Of a stretch of 64,000 nt of DNA, positions 47,342 through 56,489 are shown in pieces. The notes below the pieces were generated by a model. That model was not told the origin of the DNA. It was given only the letters and a program-made list of their open reading frames with translations, and did not search any database. The stretch spans positions 453,165 through 517,164 of the forward strand of contig JBAZJY010000001.1 in assembly GCA_041651115.1 (NCBI GenBank). Direction: 5' to 3'. Origin of the DNA: Candidatus Omnitrophota bacterium. GTDB lineage: Bacteria; Omnitrophota; Gorgyraeia; Gygaellales; Profunditerraquicolaceae. The position numbers and the translations under genes were made by a program. Numbering within the stretch: the first letter of the stretch is position 1; every line of letters begins with the position of its first letter.

Positions 47342-48405
47342 GCGCCCGGCAGCGGATAAACAAGATTTATTCGCAAATGAAGAAACAGGCGATTGACAGC
47401 TTGCTTATCAGCCTTCCTGCCAACATCGCCTATCTTACCACTTACCCCAGCCGCGATTCATGGCTGCTCCTTGCAAAAGGCAAAAATATTTATATCACCG
47501 ATTCAAGGTATGCGGCTGAAGCAAAAAACAGCTTAAGCCGTATTTTTAGCATAAGGCAGGCAGGTGCTGCCTTAACGGAAACCCTGGCATCTTTAGCTAA
47601 AGAGCTAGGGATTAAGAAGCTGGGGATTGAACAAAAGCATATCAGCGCCTACGCATATCAGAAAATGGCTTGCGGCCTTACCGGAATAGCAGAAGTAATC
47701 CCGGTGATTGATATCGTAGAGCCGCTGCGCGAGATTAAAAGCCCCCAAGAAATTGAAAAAATCAAAAAAGCGACCCGAATCGCATCCGCGGCATTAAGGT
47801 TCATCAAACGCCACATTGCTGCCGGGGCAAAGGAAATTGAGATTGCCGGTGAAATCGAGCGTTTCATCCGGCATAAAGGGGCGGAAGGCCCGAGCTTTGA
47901 CATAATCGTTGCTTCCGGCCCTAATTCAAGCTATCCCCACCACAAAACCTCTCACCGTAAGATCGCTAAGAATGACCTGGTGCTTATAGACATGGGGGTT
48001 GAGTACTGCGGCTATAAATCTGACTTGACAAGGGTGTTCTTTTTAGGTAAAATAAACCCTCTCGTGAGAAAGGTTTATGATATAGTCGCCGAAGCGCAAA
48101 AGGTGGCGATAAAGAGCATAAAACCGGGTATCATGACAAACGAAGTCGATATGGCTGCCCGCCAATATATCGCAGGAAAAGGATACGGCGGGCTTTTTAG
48201 TCATAGTTTGGGTCATGGCGTAGGACTGGAGATCCATGAATCACCCCGCTTGTCCCCCAGAGAAAACCGCCGGATCAGAAAAGGCATGGTTTTTACCATA
48301 GAGCCGGCTATTTATATCCCGGGAGAATTCGGGATAAGAATAGAAGATATGGTGGTAGTAACTCAGAAAGGAGTTAAAGTACTCAGTGGCTCTCTCAATA
48401 AATGA
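47338..48405 (+). CDS. Xaa-Pro aminopeptidase (M24B family)
   Basis: Metal ligands in [12 protein letters not shown]...[13 protein letters not shown]...FTIEP...IEDMV. Confidence 0.8.
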   Translation: MSARQRINKIYSQMKKQAIDSLLISLPANIAYLTTYPSRDSWLLLAKGKNIYITDSRYAAEAKNSLSRIFSIRQAGAALTETLASLAKELGIKKLGIEQKHISAYAYQKMACGLTGIAEVIPVIDIVEPLREIKSPQEIEKIKKATRIASAALRFIKRHIAAGAKEIEIAGEIERFIRHKGAEGPSFDIIVASGPNSSYPHHKTSHRKIAKNDLVLIDMGVEYCGYKSDLTRVFFLGKINPLVRKVYDIVAEAQKVAIKSIKPGIMTNEVDMAARQYIAGKGYGGLFSHSLGHGVGLEIHESPRLSPRENRRIRKGMVFTIEPAIYIPGEFGIRIEDMVVVTQKGVKVLSGSLNK

Positions 48406-48949
48406 AGTCAAGGCAGGCTTAACTATTCTAGTTGACGGCGAAGTATGGCTGGTAATTGAAACCCAGCACGTCAAGCCCGGCAAAGGCGCGGCTTTTGTGC
48501 GGGCAAAGATCCGTAACCTTAAGAACGCCAGCGTCCAGGAAAGGACATTTCGCGGCGACGAAAAGGTAGACGAAGCTTTTGTGGAAGAGCGCAAACTCCA
48601 ATACCTTTATTCCAGCGGAGACCTGTATCATTTTATGGATCAGGAGAATTACGAAGAGATCGCCATCGCGAAAAATATCCTTGCCGATAAGGCAAAATTC
48701 CTCAAAGATAACCTTGATGTCGCGGCGTATTACTATAAAGAAGACGTCTTAAACGTCAACCTTCCTAATTTCATTGAATTTGCCATCATCCATACTGAAC
48801 CCGGCATAAAAGGGGACACAGCCAAAAGCGGCACAAAGCCTGCGGAAATTGATACGGGCGCGACAATACAGGTGCCGCTTTTCGTTAATCCGGGAGATCG
48901 GATCAAGGTTGATACCAGGACCGGCACATACGTAGAGCGCGTACCTTAA
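48386..48949 (+). CDS. efp: Translation elongation factor P
   Basis: GTG start; ...KAGLTILVDGEVWLVIETQHVKPGKGAAFVRAKIRNLKNASVQERTFR contains the KPGKG loop (site of the modified Lys). Confidence 0.85.
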   Translation: MALSINEVKAGLTILVDGEVWLVIETQHVKPGKGAAFVRAKIRNLKNASVQERTFRGDEKVDEAFVEERKLQYLYSSGDLYHFMDQENYEEIAIAKNILADKAKFLKDNLDVAAYYYKEDVLNVNLPNFIEFAIIHTEPGIKGDTAKSGTKPAEIDTGATIQVPLFVNPGDRIKVDTRTGTYVERVP

Positions 48950-48950
48950 T

Positions 48951-48990
48951 TTATAGAGGCGTACCTTAGTAGTTATAGAGGCGTACCTTA
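48951..48990 (+). repeat. Two tandem 18-bp direct repeats TTATAGAGGCGTACCTTA (plus a third GCGTACCTTA half-site at the efp stop) upstream of accB
   Basis: GCGTACCTTA copies start at 48939, 48959 and 48981, spaced 20-22 bp (about two helical turns). Confidence 0.5.
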
Positions 48991-49012
48991 ATATTTGTAA
49001 GGGAGGCAGGGA

Positions 49013-49468
49013 ATGAACTTAAAAGAGATCAAAGAGTTAATCAATTTGATGAACGAAAATGGCCTCATGGAGCTGGAAGTTGAAAAGGAAGGGATGCGCA
49101 TCAGGCTGAAAAAAACCACTTCCCAATCGGAAAATGCTGCCGGGCCGATCATCATTGAAAAAGAAAAGATCTCTGAGCCGCAAAGATCCGTGGAAACCAT
49201 TACTGCCGGAGAAAAAACCATTGCCAACGCCGTAGAGATCAAGGCCCCGATGGTCGGCACATTCTACCGCGCGCCTTCCCCGGAAGCAGCGCCTTACGTG
49301 GAAGTAGGCCAGGTGATCGAAACCGGGCATGTCATTTGCATCATTGAGGCAATGAAGTTGATGAACGAGATAAAGTCGGAAGTAAAAGGCAAGATTATTG
49401 AAGTCCTGGTAGACAATGCCGAGCCCGTAGAATTCGGGCAGCCGATGTTCCTTATCGAGCCCCTCTAA
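49013..49468 (+). CDS. accB: Acetyl-CoA carboxylase biotin carboxyl carrier protein
   Basis: C-terminal biotinyl domain with EAMKLMNEI (biotin-Lys); RBS GGGAGG. Confidence 0.85.
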   Translation: MNLKEIKELINLMNENGLMELEVEKEGMRIRLKKTTSQSENAAGPIIIEKEKISEPQRSVETITAGEKTIANAVEIKAPMVGTFYRAPSPEAAPYVEVGQVIETGHVICIIEAMKLMNEIKSEVKGKIIEVLVDNAEPVEFGQPMFLIEPL

Positions 49469-49485
49469 CTTAAGCCGTCAATAAG

Positions 49486-50844
49486 ATGTTTTCTAAAATC
49501 CTGATCGCCAACCGGGGCGAAATCGCCCTAAGAATTATACGCGCCTGTAAAGAACTGGGCATCCGCACGGTAGCGGTTTATTCCGAAGCGGATAAAAGCT
49601 CCCTGCACGTGCGCTTTGCCGATGAAGCTATCTGCATCGGCCATGCCCAAAGCAGTTCAAGCTACTTAAATATCCCCGCGATCATCAGCGCCGCGGAAAT
49701 CACCGATGTAGAAGCAATCCATCCCGGCTACGGCTTTCTTGCCGAAAACGCGCATTTCGCGGAGATCTGCGAATCCTGCAAAATCGCTTTCATCGGCCCG
49801 ACGCCTGAAAATATCAGGCTAATGGGCGATAAAATGGTTGCCCGCGCAACCATGCACAAGGCAGGCCTGCCGATCATCCCCGGCTCAAGCGGCGAAATAA
49901 AAAATAAGGAAGAGGCGCTCAAGGTCGCTAAGAAAATCGGCTACCCGGTGATCATCAAGGCTGCTGCCGGCGGCGGCGGCAAAGGCATGCGCGTCTGCCA
50001 CAACGACATCTCGCTCATTTCCAGCCTCATGGTCGCCCAACAGGAAGCAGAAGCCAACTTCGGCAATTCCAACGTCTATATTGAAAAATACCTTGAAAAC
50101 CCCCGGCACATCGAAATACAGCTGCTCGCCGATAAATACGGGCATATCGTCTATCTCGGAGAAAGGGATTGCAGCATCCAGAGGCGGCACCAGAAACTGC
50201 TGGAAGAGTCCCCATCCTCGGCAGTAGACTCAAAGCTCAGGAAAAAATTGGGTGAGATCGCCGTCAAAGGCGCGAAAACCGTAAATTACTCGAACGTCGG
50301 CACCGTTGAGTTCCTGCTTGACCGTTATAATAATTTCTATTTCATGGAAATGAATACGCGCATCCAGGTGGAGCACCCGGTCACGGAAATGGTCACCGGC
50401 ATAGACCTGATCAAAGAACAGATCCGTGCGGCAGCCGGAGAAAGGCTGCGCATCCATCAGGACGACGTCAAGATCCACGGCGCGGCGATCGAATGCCGCA
50501 TCAATGCCGAAGATTTTGAAAAGAATTTTATGCCTTCGCCCGGTAAGATCGATTCGTTAAGCCTGCCCGGAGGCCCGGGAGTGCGCGTCGACACGCACAT
50601 CTACCCCGGCTACGAGATCTCCCCGTATTACGATTCCCTCGTGGCAAAACTCATTGCCTACGGCCGCAACCGCAACGAAACGATCCGGATCATGCAGCGG
50701 GCGCTGAATGAATTCCTTGTAGGGCCGATAAAAACTACGGTGTCCTTCCACTCGCGCCTCTTGCAAAATCCCCTGTTCATAAAAGGCGACGTATCCACGC
50801 ATTTTGTGCAGGATATGCTCAAGGAAACTAAACCGGAGGAATGA
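49486..50844 (+). CDS. accC: Acetyl-CoA carboxylase biotin carboxylase subunit
   Basis: [17 protein letters not shown]..., ATP-grasp motifs, [14 protein letters not shown]. Confidence 0.9.
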   Translation: MFSKILIANRGEIALRIIRACKELGIRTVAVYSEADKSSLHVRFADEAICIGHAQSSSSYLNIPAIISAAEITDVEAIHPGYGFLAENAHFAEICESCKIAFIGPTPENIRLMGDKMVARATMHKAGLPIIPGSSGEIKNKEEALKVAKKIGYPVIIKAAAGGGGKGMRVCHNDISLISSLMVAQQEAEANFGNSNVYIEKYLENPRHIEIQLLADKYGHIVYLGERDCSIQRRHQKLLEESPSSAVDSKLRKKLGEIAVKGAKTVNYSNVGTVEFLLDRYNNFYFMEMNTRIQVEHPVTEMVTGIDLIKEQIRAAAGERLRIHQDDVKIHGAAIECRINAEDFEKNFMPSPGKIDSLSLPGGPGVRVDTHIYPGYEISPYYDSLVAKLIAYGRNRNETIRIMQRALNEFLVGPIKTTVSFHSRLLQNPLFIKGDVSTHFVQDMLKETKPEE

Positions 50845-51197
50845 TGAATAACGAAGAATCCCGCACGGACTTAGGCATGGTAAGGATACACAAGAACGTT
50901 ATCGCCTCTATCGCCGCGGTCGCCTCCACCGAAGTGGAAGGGGTAAAGAGGGTCGGCGGTAATTTAAGGAGCGGCGTCCTTGAGCTGATCGGGAAAAAAA
51001 TTTACTCCGCCATTGCCGTTGAATTTGATAAGGCCGGAGAAGTAAAGGTAGAACTCCCGCTGGTGATTAAATACGGTTATAATATTCCTAACGTCGCCGA
51101 CAGGGTCCAGGAAAACGTGCGCAACGCCCTTGAAAAAATGACTAATCTTTCCGTAAAAGACATTAACATAAATATACAAGGCATCGAAAGGGGGTAA
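50841..51197 (+). CDS. Asp23/Gls24-family stress protein (alkaline shock protein-like)
   Basis: 118 aa, [16 protein letters not shown]...Asp23 pattern. Confidence 0.7.
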   Translation: MMNNEESRTDLGMVRIHKNVIASIAAVASTEVEGVKRVGGNLRSGVLELIGKKIYSAIAVEFDKAGEVKVELPLVIKYGYNIPNVADRVQENVRNALEKMTNLSVKDININIQGIERG

Positions 51198-51200
51198 TTA

Positions 51201-51827
51201 ATGAGGTTCCTAAAGGCATTAGGCATATATTTTTATTCCATCGTCCTTATCATTATCGGGCTGAAACTTATTGCCATCGCCGTGATATTTTCTCTAAAGA
51301 CAAATCCCATACAGCCTCAGGATATCAGTAATTTATTTATCTATCTGCAGAACAGCCCGTCTACGCGCATAGTCCTGGGGCTCTCAGGGTTCCTTTTGAT
51401 CCTTGTCAGCTCATGGTTTGCCGAACTGATCCTCGGCAGGTTCCAAAGAGAAAAAACCATTGCCTTCCCTACGGCTTCCGGAGAAGTTACCATCGCCTTA
51501 AGCGCCGTGGAAGATTTGATCAAAAAACTGGCAGTTGAGATCCCCGGCATAAGGGAACTCCGGCCGGATGTCGTCGCCGGGAAAAAGGGTATTATTGTTG
51601 ACCTGCGGGTCATCTTAAGGTCAGAAGCGAATATCCCGGAACTTACCGAAAGGCTGCAGGAGATCACCCGTTCTAAAATCCAGGAAGTTTTAGGCATTGA
51701 AGAACAGATCATCATCAAGATACACGTCTTAAAAATTGTTTCACCGGAAGAGAGAGAAAGAAAAAGAAAAGACAATGAAAAAGGGCCGGAACCGACAATA
51801 CCGTTTGGCGGCTACGGCAGAGTATAA
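51201..51827 (+). CDS. Membrane-anchored protein, AmaP-like (Asp23 membrane anchor) - tentative
   Basis: N-terminal TM, then a second TM, then a charged C-terminal domain; it sits immediately downstream of asp23, as amaP does in Firmicutes. Confidence 0.4.
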   Translation: MRFLKALGIYFYSIVLIIIGLKLIAIAVIFSLKTNPIQPQDISNLFIYLQNSPSTRIVLGLSGFLLILVSSWFAELILGRFQREKTIAFPTASGEVTIALSAVEDLIKKLAVEIPGIRELRPDVVAGKKGIIVDLRVILRSEANIPELTERLQEITRSKIQEVLGIEEQIIIKIHVLKIVSPEERERKRKDNEKGPEPTIPFGGYGRV

Positions 51828-51830
51828 TGG

Positions 51831-51910
51831 TTAGGGACGGTTCTCAAACCAAAGGAGAAGTGTCCCCTTAGGGGGGACAGTTTAGCTTTGAGTTAAGAAC
51901 CGTCCCTAAA
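51831..51910 (+). other. 80-nt nested palindrome (outer TTAGGGACGGTTCT/AGAACCGTCCCTAA, inner GTCCCC-TTA-GGGGGAC) between the amaP-like gene and pfp
   Basis: Read directly; no 3' U-tract, so it is not a canonical intrinsic terminator. Confidence 0.45.
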
Positions 51911-51922
51911 TAAGGAGAGAGC

Positions 51923-52954
51923 ATGGCAAAGATTGGCATACTTACAGGCGGCGGAGATTGTCCGGGATTAAATCCCGTGATCAGGGCAGCGGTCAGAAAA
52001 GGGTTACAGGAAGGATATGAATTTTTAGGTATTAAAAACGGCTGGAAAGGCCTGGTAGAAAACGACACAATGCCGTTGGGCCTTGACGCGGTTTCGGGGA
52101 TATTGCCCAAAGGCGGCACAATACTCGGCACCAGCCGCACAAATCCTTACAAAAAAGAAGGCGACCTGCAAAAAGTAAAGGATAATTTCAAAAAAATGGG
52201 CCTGGATGCCCTGGTTGCCGTCGGTGGAGAAGATACTTTGGGCGTGGCCGCAAAACTCACGAAGGACGGCATCCCGAATATTGTCGGCGTTCCCAAAACT
52301 ATTGATAACGACCTTTCCTGCACGGATTATACCTTTGGTTTCGATACCGCGCTCAACGTGGCAATGGAGTGCATTGACCGGCTGCATACCACTGCCGAAA
52401 GCCATCACCGCATTATCGTTGCCGAACTCATGGGCAGGCATGCCGGATGGATCGCTATTGAAGCGGGTATTGCCGGCGGAGCGGACGTCATCCTTATCCC
52501 GGAAAAACCCATTGATCTTGATGAAGTCTGCGCGATCATTAAAAAGCGCCACGCCAGAGGAAAAACTTTCAGCATCGTCGTGGTTGCCGAAGGCGCGCAA
52601 TTCAAAGATAAGAGCCTTATAACCCAGGAAGAAAAGCTTGATGCGTTCGGCCATGTGCGTTTAGGCGGCATCGGCGAACGGCTCGCGCAGCACATCGAAA
52701 AAAGTACCGGCTTTGAAACAAGGGTAAGCGTGCTCGGGCACATACAAAGAGGCGGCTCGCCTACGGCCTTTGACAGAGTGCTGGGAACAAGGTTCGGCGT
52801 CAAAGCGGTAGAGCTGGTAAAAAGCAAGAAATTCGGGCAGATGGTTGCTTTAGCCGGAAATAAAATAATTGACGTGCCGCTGGCAGATGCGGTGAAAGCC
52901 CTCAAGACAGTGGACGATGACCTTTACGATATCGCAAAGGTATTCTTTGGATAA
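51923..52954 (+). CDS. pfp: 6-phosphofructokinase, predicted pyrophosphate-dependent (PPi-PFK)
   Basis: KIGILTGGGDCPGLN; GGEDT in place of GGDGS, and PKTIDND in place of PGTIDND. These are the Asp/Lys pair (E. coli PfkA positions 104/124) diagnostic of PPi- rather than ATP-dependence. Confidence 0.8.
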   Translation: MAKIGILTGGGDCPGLNPVIRAAVRKGLQEGYEFLGIKNGWKGLVENDTMPLGLDAVSGILPKGGTILGTSRTNPYKKEGDLQKVKDNFKKMGLDALVAVGGEDTLGVAAKLTKDGIPNIVGVPKTIDNDLSCTDYTFGFDTALNVAMECIDRLHTTAESHHRIIVAELMGRHAGWIAIEAGIAGGADVILIPEKPIDLDEVCAIIKKRHARGKTFSIVVVAEGAQFKDKSLITQEEKLDAFGHVRLGGIGERLAQHIEKSTGFETRVSVLGHIQRGGSPTAFDRVLGTRFGVKAVELVKSKKFGQMVALAGNKIIDVPLADAVKALKTVDDDLYDIAKVFFG

Positions 52955-52969
52955 ATTGGGAGGCGTTAA

Positions 52970-53548
52970 ATGAGAAACCGGATCGAAGAAATTTTACTGG
53001 AGAGCATACAAGTAAAAGAAGAGATCCTGCGTTCGAACATCACCCAGATCAAGGATATTGCCGACCTGATGATCGAATGCCTGAAGAAAAACGGCAAGGT
53101 AATCCTTTTTGGCAACGGCGGCTCTGCCAGCGACAGCCAGCATATCGCGGCGGAATTCGTCGGCAGGTTTAAAAAAGACCGCTCGGCTTTGGCGGCGATC
53201 GCCCTGACGACAAATACTTCGATCATCACTTCGCTTGCCAATGATTACGGCTATGAAGTGGTCTTTGCCAAACAGATCGAAGCATTAGGCCAGAAAAACG
53301 ACATTGCCGTGGGCATCTCTACCAGCGGCAAGGCTAAAAACGTCGCATTAGCCATAAAGCAGGCAAAAAAAATGGGAATTAAAACCGTTGCCCTTACCGG
53401 CGGAGACGGCGGAGAGTTGGCAAAGCTGGCAGACACGTCGCTGGTCGTGCCTTCAGCCTTGACCGCGCGAGTACAGGAAGCGCACATCACCATAGGCCAT
53501 ATTATATGCGAACTCGTAGAGCAGGAGCTTTGTCAGGAACAAAAATAA
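52970..53548 (+). CDS. gmhA: Phosphoheptose isomerase (SIS domain)
   Basis: VILFGNGGSASDSQHIAAEFVGRF...TSGKAKNV...HIICE pattern of GmhA. Confidence 0.75.
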   Translation: MRNRIEEILLESIQVKEEILRSNITQIKDIADLMIECLKKNGKVILFGNGGSASDSQHIAAEFVGRFKKDRSALAAIALTTNTSIITSLANDYGYEVVFAKQIEALGQKNDIAVGISTSGKAKNVALAIKQAKKMGIKTVALTGGDGGELAKLADTSLVVPSALTARVQEAHITIGHIICELVEQELCQEQK

Positions 53549-54018
53549 TCTCAAGGCTTGTCCTAAGCAGGAAAATCCCGAAACTCAAAGCCCGAGGCAA
53601 AAAGATCGTATTTACCAACGGCTGTTTTGATATCCTGCATTACGGCCATGTCCGATACCTTGAAAACGCCAAAGCCGGCGGAGACATCCTTATTGTCGGC
53701 TTAAACAGCGACGCCTCCGTAAAAAAGATAAAGGGTAAGGGCCGGCCCGTGGTCAACCAAAATGACCGGGCAAGGGTATTAGCGGGGCTTGCCAGCGTAG
53801 ACTATGTGGTTATTTTCGCGGAAGATACGCCGCTTCAGACCATCCGGATGCTTAAGCCTGACGTGTTGATCAAAGGCGCTGACTGGAATAAAGATAAGAT
53901 CGTCGGCGCGGACCTCGTTTCAAGCTACGGCGGAAAAGTTGCCACCGTAGAATTGGCAAAAGGCCGCTCAACAACAAATTTAATAAAAAAAATTGCCGCG
54001 CTCTACGGGAAAAAATAA
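53506..54018 (+). CDS. D-glycero-beta-D-manno-heptose 1-phosphate adenylyltransferase (RfaE/HldE domain II-like cytidylyltransferase)
   Basis: KIVFTNGCFDILHYGHVRYLENAK...IVGLNSD (the HxGH nucleotidyltransferase motif); the start is uncertain and overlaps gmhA by ~40 nt. Confidence 0.75.
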   Translation: MRTRRAGALSGTKIISRLVLSRKIPKLKARGKKIVFTNGCFDILHYGHVRYLENAKAGGDILIVGLNSDASVKKIKGKGRPVVNQNDRARVLAGLASVDYVVIFAEDTPLQTIRMLKPDVLIKGADWNKDKIVGADLVSSYGGKVATVELAKGRSTTNLIKKIAALYGKK

Positions 54019-54418
54019 TATAGACAGGATACTCGACGCAAACATAAACCGCGCGAAAGAAGGCTTGCGCGTATGCGAAGAGGTCACCCGGTTCATCCTT
54101 GAAAGCCGCAGCCTGACTGCGAGCCTGAAAAATATCAGGCATAAAGTCAGTTCCCTGGCAAAACGCCTCAGCCCTCAAGCAAAGCTTTTTAGCGGCAGGG
54201 ATTCCGCAAAAGACACCGGCAGGCTCGTCTACGCCGCGGAATTAAAAAGAAAAGACATCTGTGATATATTTTTGGCCAATATTCAGCGGGTAAAAGAATC
54301 GGTGAGGGTGCTTGAGGAATTCTCCAAACTGATCAACATTAAAGCCGCAGTGTCCTTTAAGAATATCCGCTACGAAGTCTACGAACTGGAAAAAAAGATT
54401 GCCCAAAAGATCTGTTGA
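53993..54418 (+). CDS. ThiD2-like domain protein (thiamine-phosphate synthase N-terminal-domain-like), standalone - tentative
   Basis: IDRILDANINRAKEGLRVCEEVTRFIL resembles the ThiD2/ThiE-N motif (LDANLNRxxEGLRV); TTG start is uncertain. Confidence 0.4.
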   Translation: MPRSTGKNNIDRILDANINRAKEGLRVCEEVTRFILESRSLTASLKNIRHKVSSLAKRLSPQAKLFSGRDSAKDTGRLVYAAELKRKDICDIFLANIQRVKESVRVLEEFSKLINIKAAVSFKNIRYEVYELEKKIAQKIC

Positions 54419-54425
54419 TACCCCA

Positions 54426-55709
54426 ATGACCCAATTAGAATACGCAAAAAATAATATTATAACCCCCTTAATGAAACGCGTCGCTCTTAGCGAAGGCGTA
54501 ACCCCGCGATTCTTAATGAAGCAGATTGCCGCAGGCAGGGCGGTGATCGCTTTAAATAAGCTGCGCAAAATAAAAAAACCCTGCGCTGTCGGCGAAGGCT
54601 TAAGGACAAAGATCAACGCTAATGTCGGCACTTCTACGGAAAAGTCAACGCTTGCCCTGGAACTTAAAAAGATGCTGGTGTCCGTAAAATACGGCGCGGA
54701 CGCGGTCATGGATTTAAGCGTCGGCAGGAATATCCGGCAGACAAGAAAAGCCATACTCAAGGCCTCGCCGGTGCCGGTAGGCACAGTCCCGATATATGAG
54801 ATCGCGGTAAACGCCCAGCAAAAGAACAGCGATTTTCTGAAATTTGACGGCCATGATATGCTGGACGTCCTCCGGCAACAGGCGCAAGACGGAGTAGACT
54901 TTTTTACCATCCACGCGGGAGTGACAAAAAAGAGCCTTGCCGCATTAAAAAAAAGCAAGCGTATCTTAGGCATTGTTTCCCGCGGCGGAGCGATCATCGC
55001 CGCATGGATCAGCCGCCATAATAAAGAAAATCCATTTTACGAATACTTCGACGATATTCTTGATATCGCCTATGAATATGACATCACCTTAAGCCTGGGT
55101 GACGGCCTGCGCCCGGGCTCAATACTGGATGCCACAGATCAGGCGCAAGTCTCTGAACTGAATATCCTCGGCCGGCTTGCCAAACGGGCAAAAAAAAGGA
55201 ACGTGCAGGTGATCATTGAAGGCCCTGGCCATGTCCCCCTTGATCAAATAGAAAAAAACGTCAAACTGCAAAAAAAAGTCTGCGGCAACGCGCCGTTTTA
55301 CGTGCTCGGGCCGCTGGTTACGGATATCGGCGCAGGCTATGACCATATCACCGGAGCGATTGGCGGAGCGATTGCCGCTTCCGCGGGCGCGGATTTCCTC
55401 TGTTATGTAACGCCTGCCGAACACTTAAGACACCCAACGATCGAGGACGTAAGAGAAGGGGTTGTGGCTTCAAAAATCGCCGCGCACGCCGCAGACATCG
55501 TAAAAGGCACCGGTAACGCGATATCCCGCGACCGCCGGATGTCTTTGGCGCGCAAAAAACGTGATTGGAAAAAACAAATTAACTTTTCCGTAGACCCGGA
55601 TAAGGCAAAGGCATACAGGCTGTCGTCAAAGCCGCATGTTTCCGACATATGCACGATGTGCGGAAACTACTGCTCGATTAAAGTAATGGAAAAATGCGTG
55701 CGGGTGTAA
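54426..55709 (+). CDS. thiC: Phosphomethylpyrimidine synthase
   Basis: ~427 aa; ThiC core and the C-terminal CTMCGNYCS radical-SAM-like cluster; start at ATG 54426 (MTQLEYAK). Confidence 0.9.
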   Translation: MTQLEYAKNNIITPLMKRVALSEGVTPRFLMKQIAAGRAVIALNKLRKIKKPCAVGEGLRTKINANVGTSTEKSTLALELKKMLVSVKYGADAVMDLSVGRNIRQTRKAILKASPVPVGTVPIYEIAVNAQQKNSDFLKFDGHDMLDVLRQQAQDGVDFFTIHAGVTKKSLAALKKSKRILGIVSRGGAIIAAWISRHNKENPFYEYFDDILDIAYEYDITLSLGDGLRPGSILDATDQAQVSELNILGRLAKRAKKRNVQVIIEGPGHVPLDQIEKNVKLQKKVCGNAPFYVLGPLVTDIGAGYDHITGAIGGAIAASAGADFLCYVTPAEHLRHPTIEDVREGVVASKIAAHAADIVKGTGNAISRDRRMSLARKKRDWKKQINFSVDPDKAKAYRLSSKPHVSDICTMCGNYCSIKVMEKCVRV

Positions 55710-55770
55710 TTCAGTGGTAGAATGACAGCTTCCCAAGCTGTATATGGCGGTTCGATTCCGCTCACCCGCT
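55700..55770 (+). tRNA. tRNA-Gly (anticodon CCC)
   Basis: Cloverleaf folded by hand: acceptor GCGGGTG/CACCCGC, D-stem ATTC/GAAT with AGTGGTA loop, anticodon stem ACAGC/GCTGT with loop TTCCCAA, T-arm GGCGG-TTCGATT-CCGCT, discriminator T, no encoded CCA. The 5' end overlaps the thiC stop codon. Confidence 0.85.
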
Positions 55771-55778
55771 CTTTAAAA

Positions 55779-56486
55779 ATGCAAATGGCAAAAGTTAAAA
55801 GGCAAAAGTATGGAAGATTGAAATCTTTAAATCTACTTTTGCCCTTTGGCTTTTTACTTTTAACTTTTTCAGGCTGTGCCACGGCGCCGCTGGAGCCCTT
55901 ACCAAAGGCTTCGCCGGCAATGCCGGGGATCTATCACAGGGTAGAGCGCGGCCAAACCTTATGGCGGATATCAAAAACCTACGATATTGATATCGACGAA
56001 CTCGTAAAGGCCAATCGCATAGCAGATACTTCTAAGATAGAAACCGGGCAAATGATCTTTATCCCGCGAAAACCGGGAGTAAAGCCGCAAAGCGCACGGC
56101 CTCTTATTCTTGACGAAGATTTTGGCTGGCCGGTCAAAGGCAAAATAATCGCCGGTTACGGGCAAATGAGAGAAAATGCCGTAAATAAAGGCATTGATAT
56201 TCAGGCCCCGGAAAACGCAAGGGTCTTTGCCAGCCGCTCCGGAAAAGTCGTATTCGCCGGGTTAACTAACGGCAAGTTCGGTAAAACCATTGTTATTGAC
56301 CACGGCGACGGCTATTCTTCGCTGTACGCAAGAAATGCGCAGCTCCTTGTAAGGCCGGGCGATGAAGTGGTCAAAGGCTCAAGCATTGCCAAAATCGGCA
56401 GCAGCGGCAGGGATAAGGCAAAATATTTACATTTTGAGATCCGTAAAGGCTATTTGCCGCAAAACCCGGGCTTTTATCTTCCTTAA
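55779..56486 (+). CDS. LysM-domain M23-family metallopeptidase (lipoprotein)
   Basis: Lipobox LLTFSGC; LysM (YHRVERGQTLWRISKTY...); M23 motifs GIDIQAPENARVFA...VIDHGDGYSSLY...HFEIR. Start at ATG 55779, downstream of the tRNA, rather than the track start 55722. Confidence 0.8.
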   Translation: MQMAKVKRQKYGRLKSLNLLLPFGFLLLTFSGCATAPLEPLPKASPAMPGIYHRVERGQTLWRISKTYDIDIDELVKANRIADTSKIETGQMIFIPRKPGVKPQSARPLILDEDFGWPVKGKIIAGYGQMRENAVNKGIDIQAPENARVFASRSGKVVFAGLTNGKFGKTIVIDHGDGYSSLYARNAQLLVRPGDEVVKGSSIAKIGSSGRDKAKYLHFEIRKGYLPQNPGFYLP

Positions 56487-56489
56487 ACG

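Noticed and set aside
53500-54430. Expected TPP riboswitch upstream of thiC.
   Set aside because: A manual scan found no CUGAGA...ACCUGAUCUGGAUAAUGCCAGCG-like core. The region is protein-coding (rfaE2 and the ThiD2-like gene). This needs an Infernal search to be definitive.
55722-55778. Track start of the M23 peptidase ORF at 55722.
   Set aside because: That start lies inside the tRNA-Gly gene. ATG 55779 follows the tRNA and begins a typical lipoprotein signal peptide.
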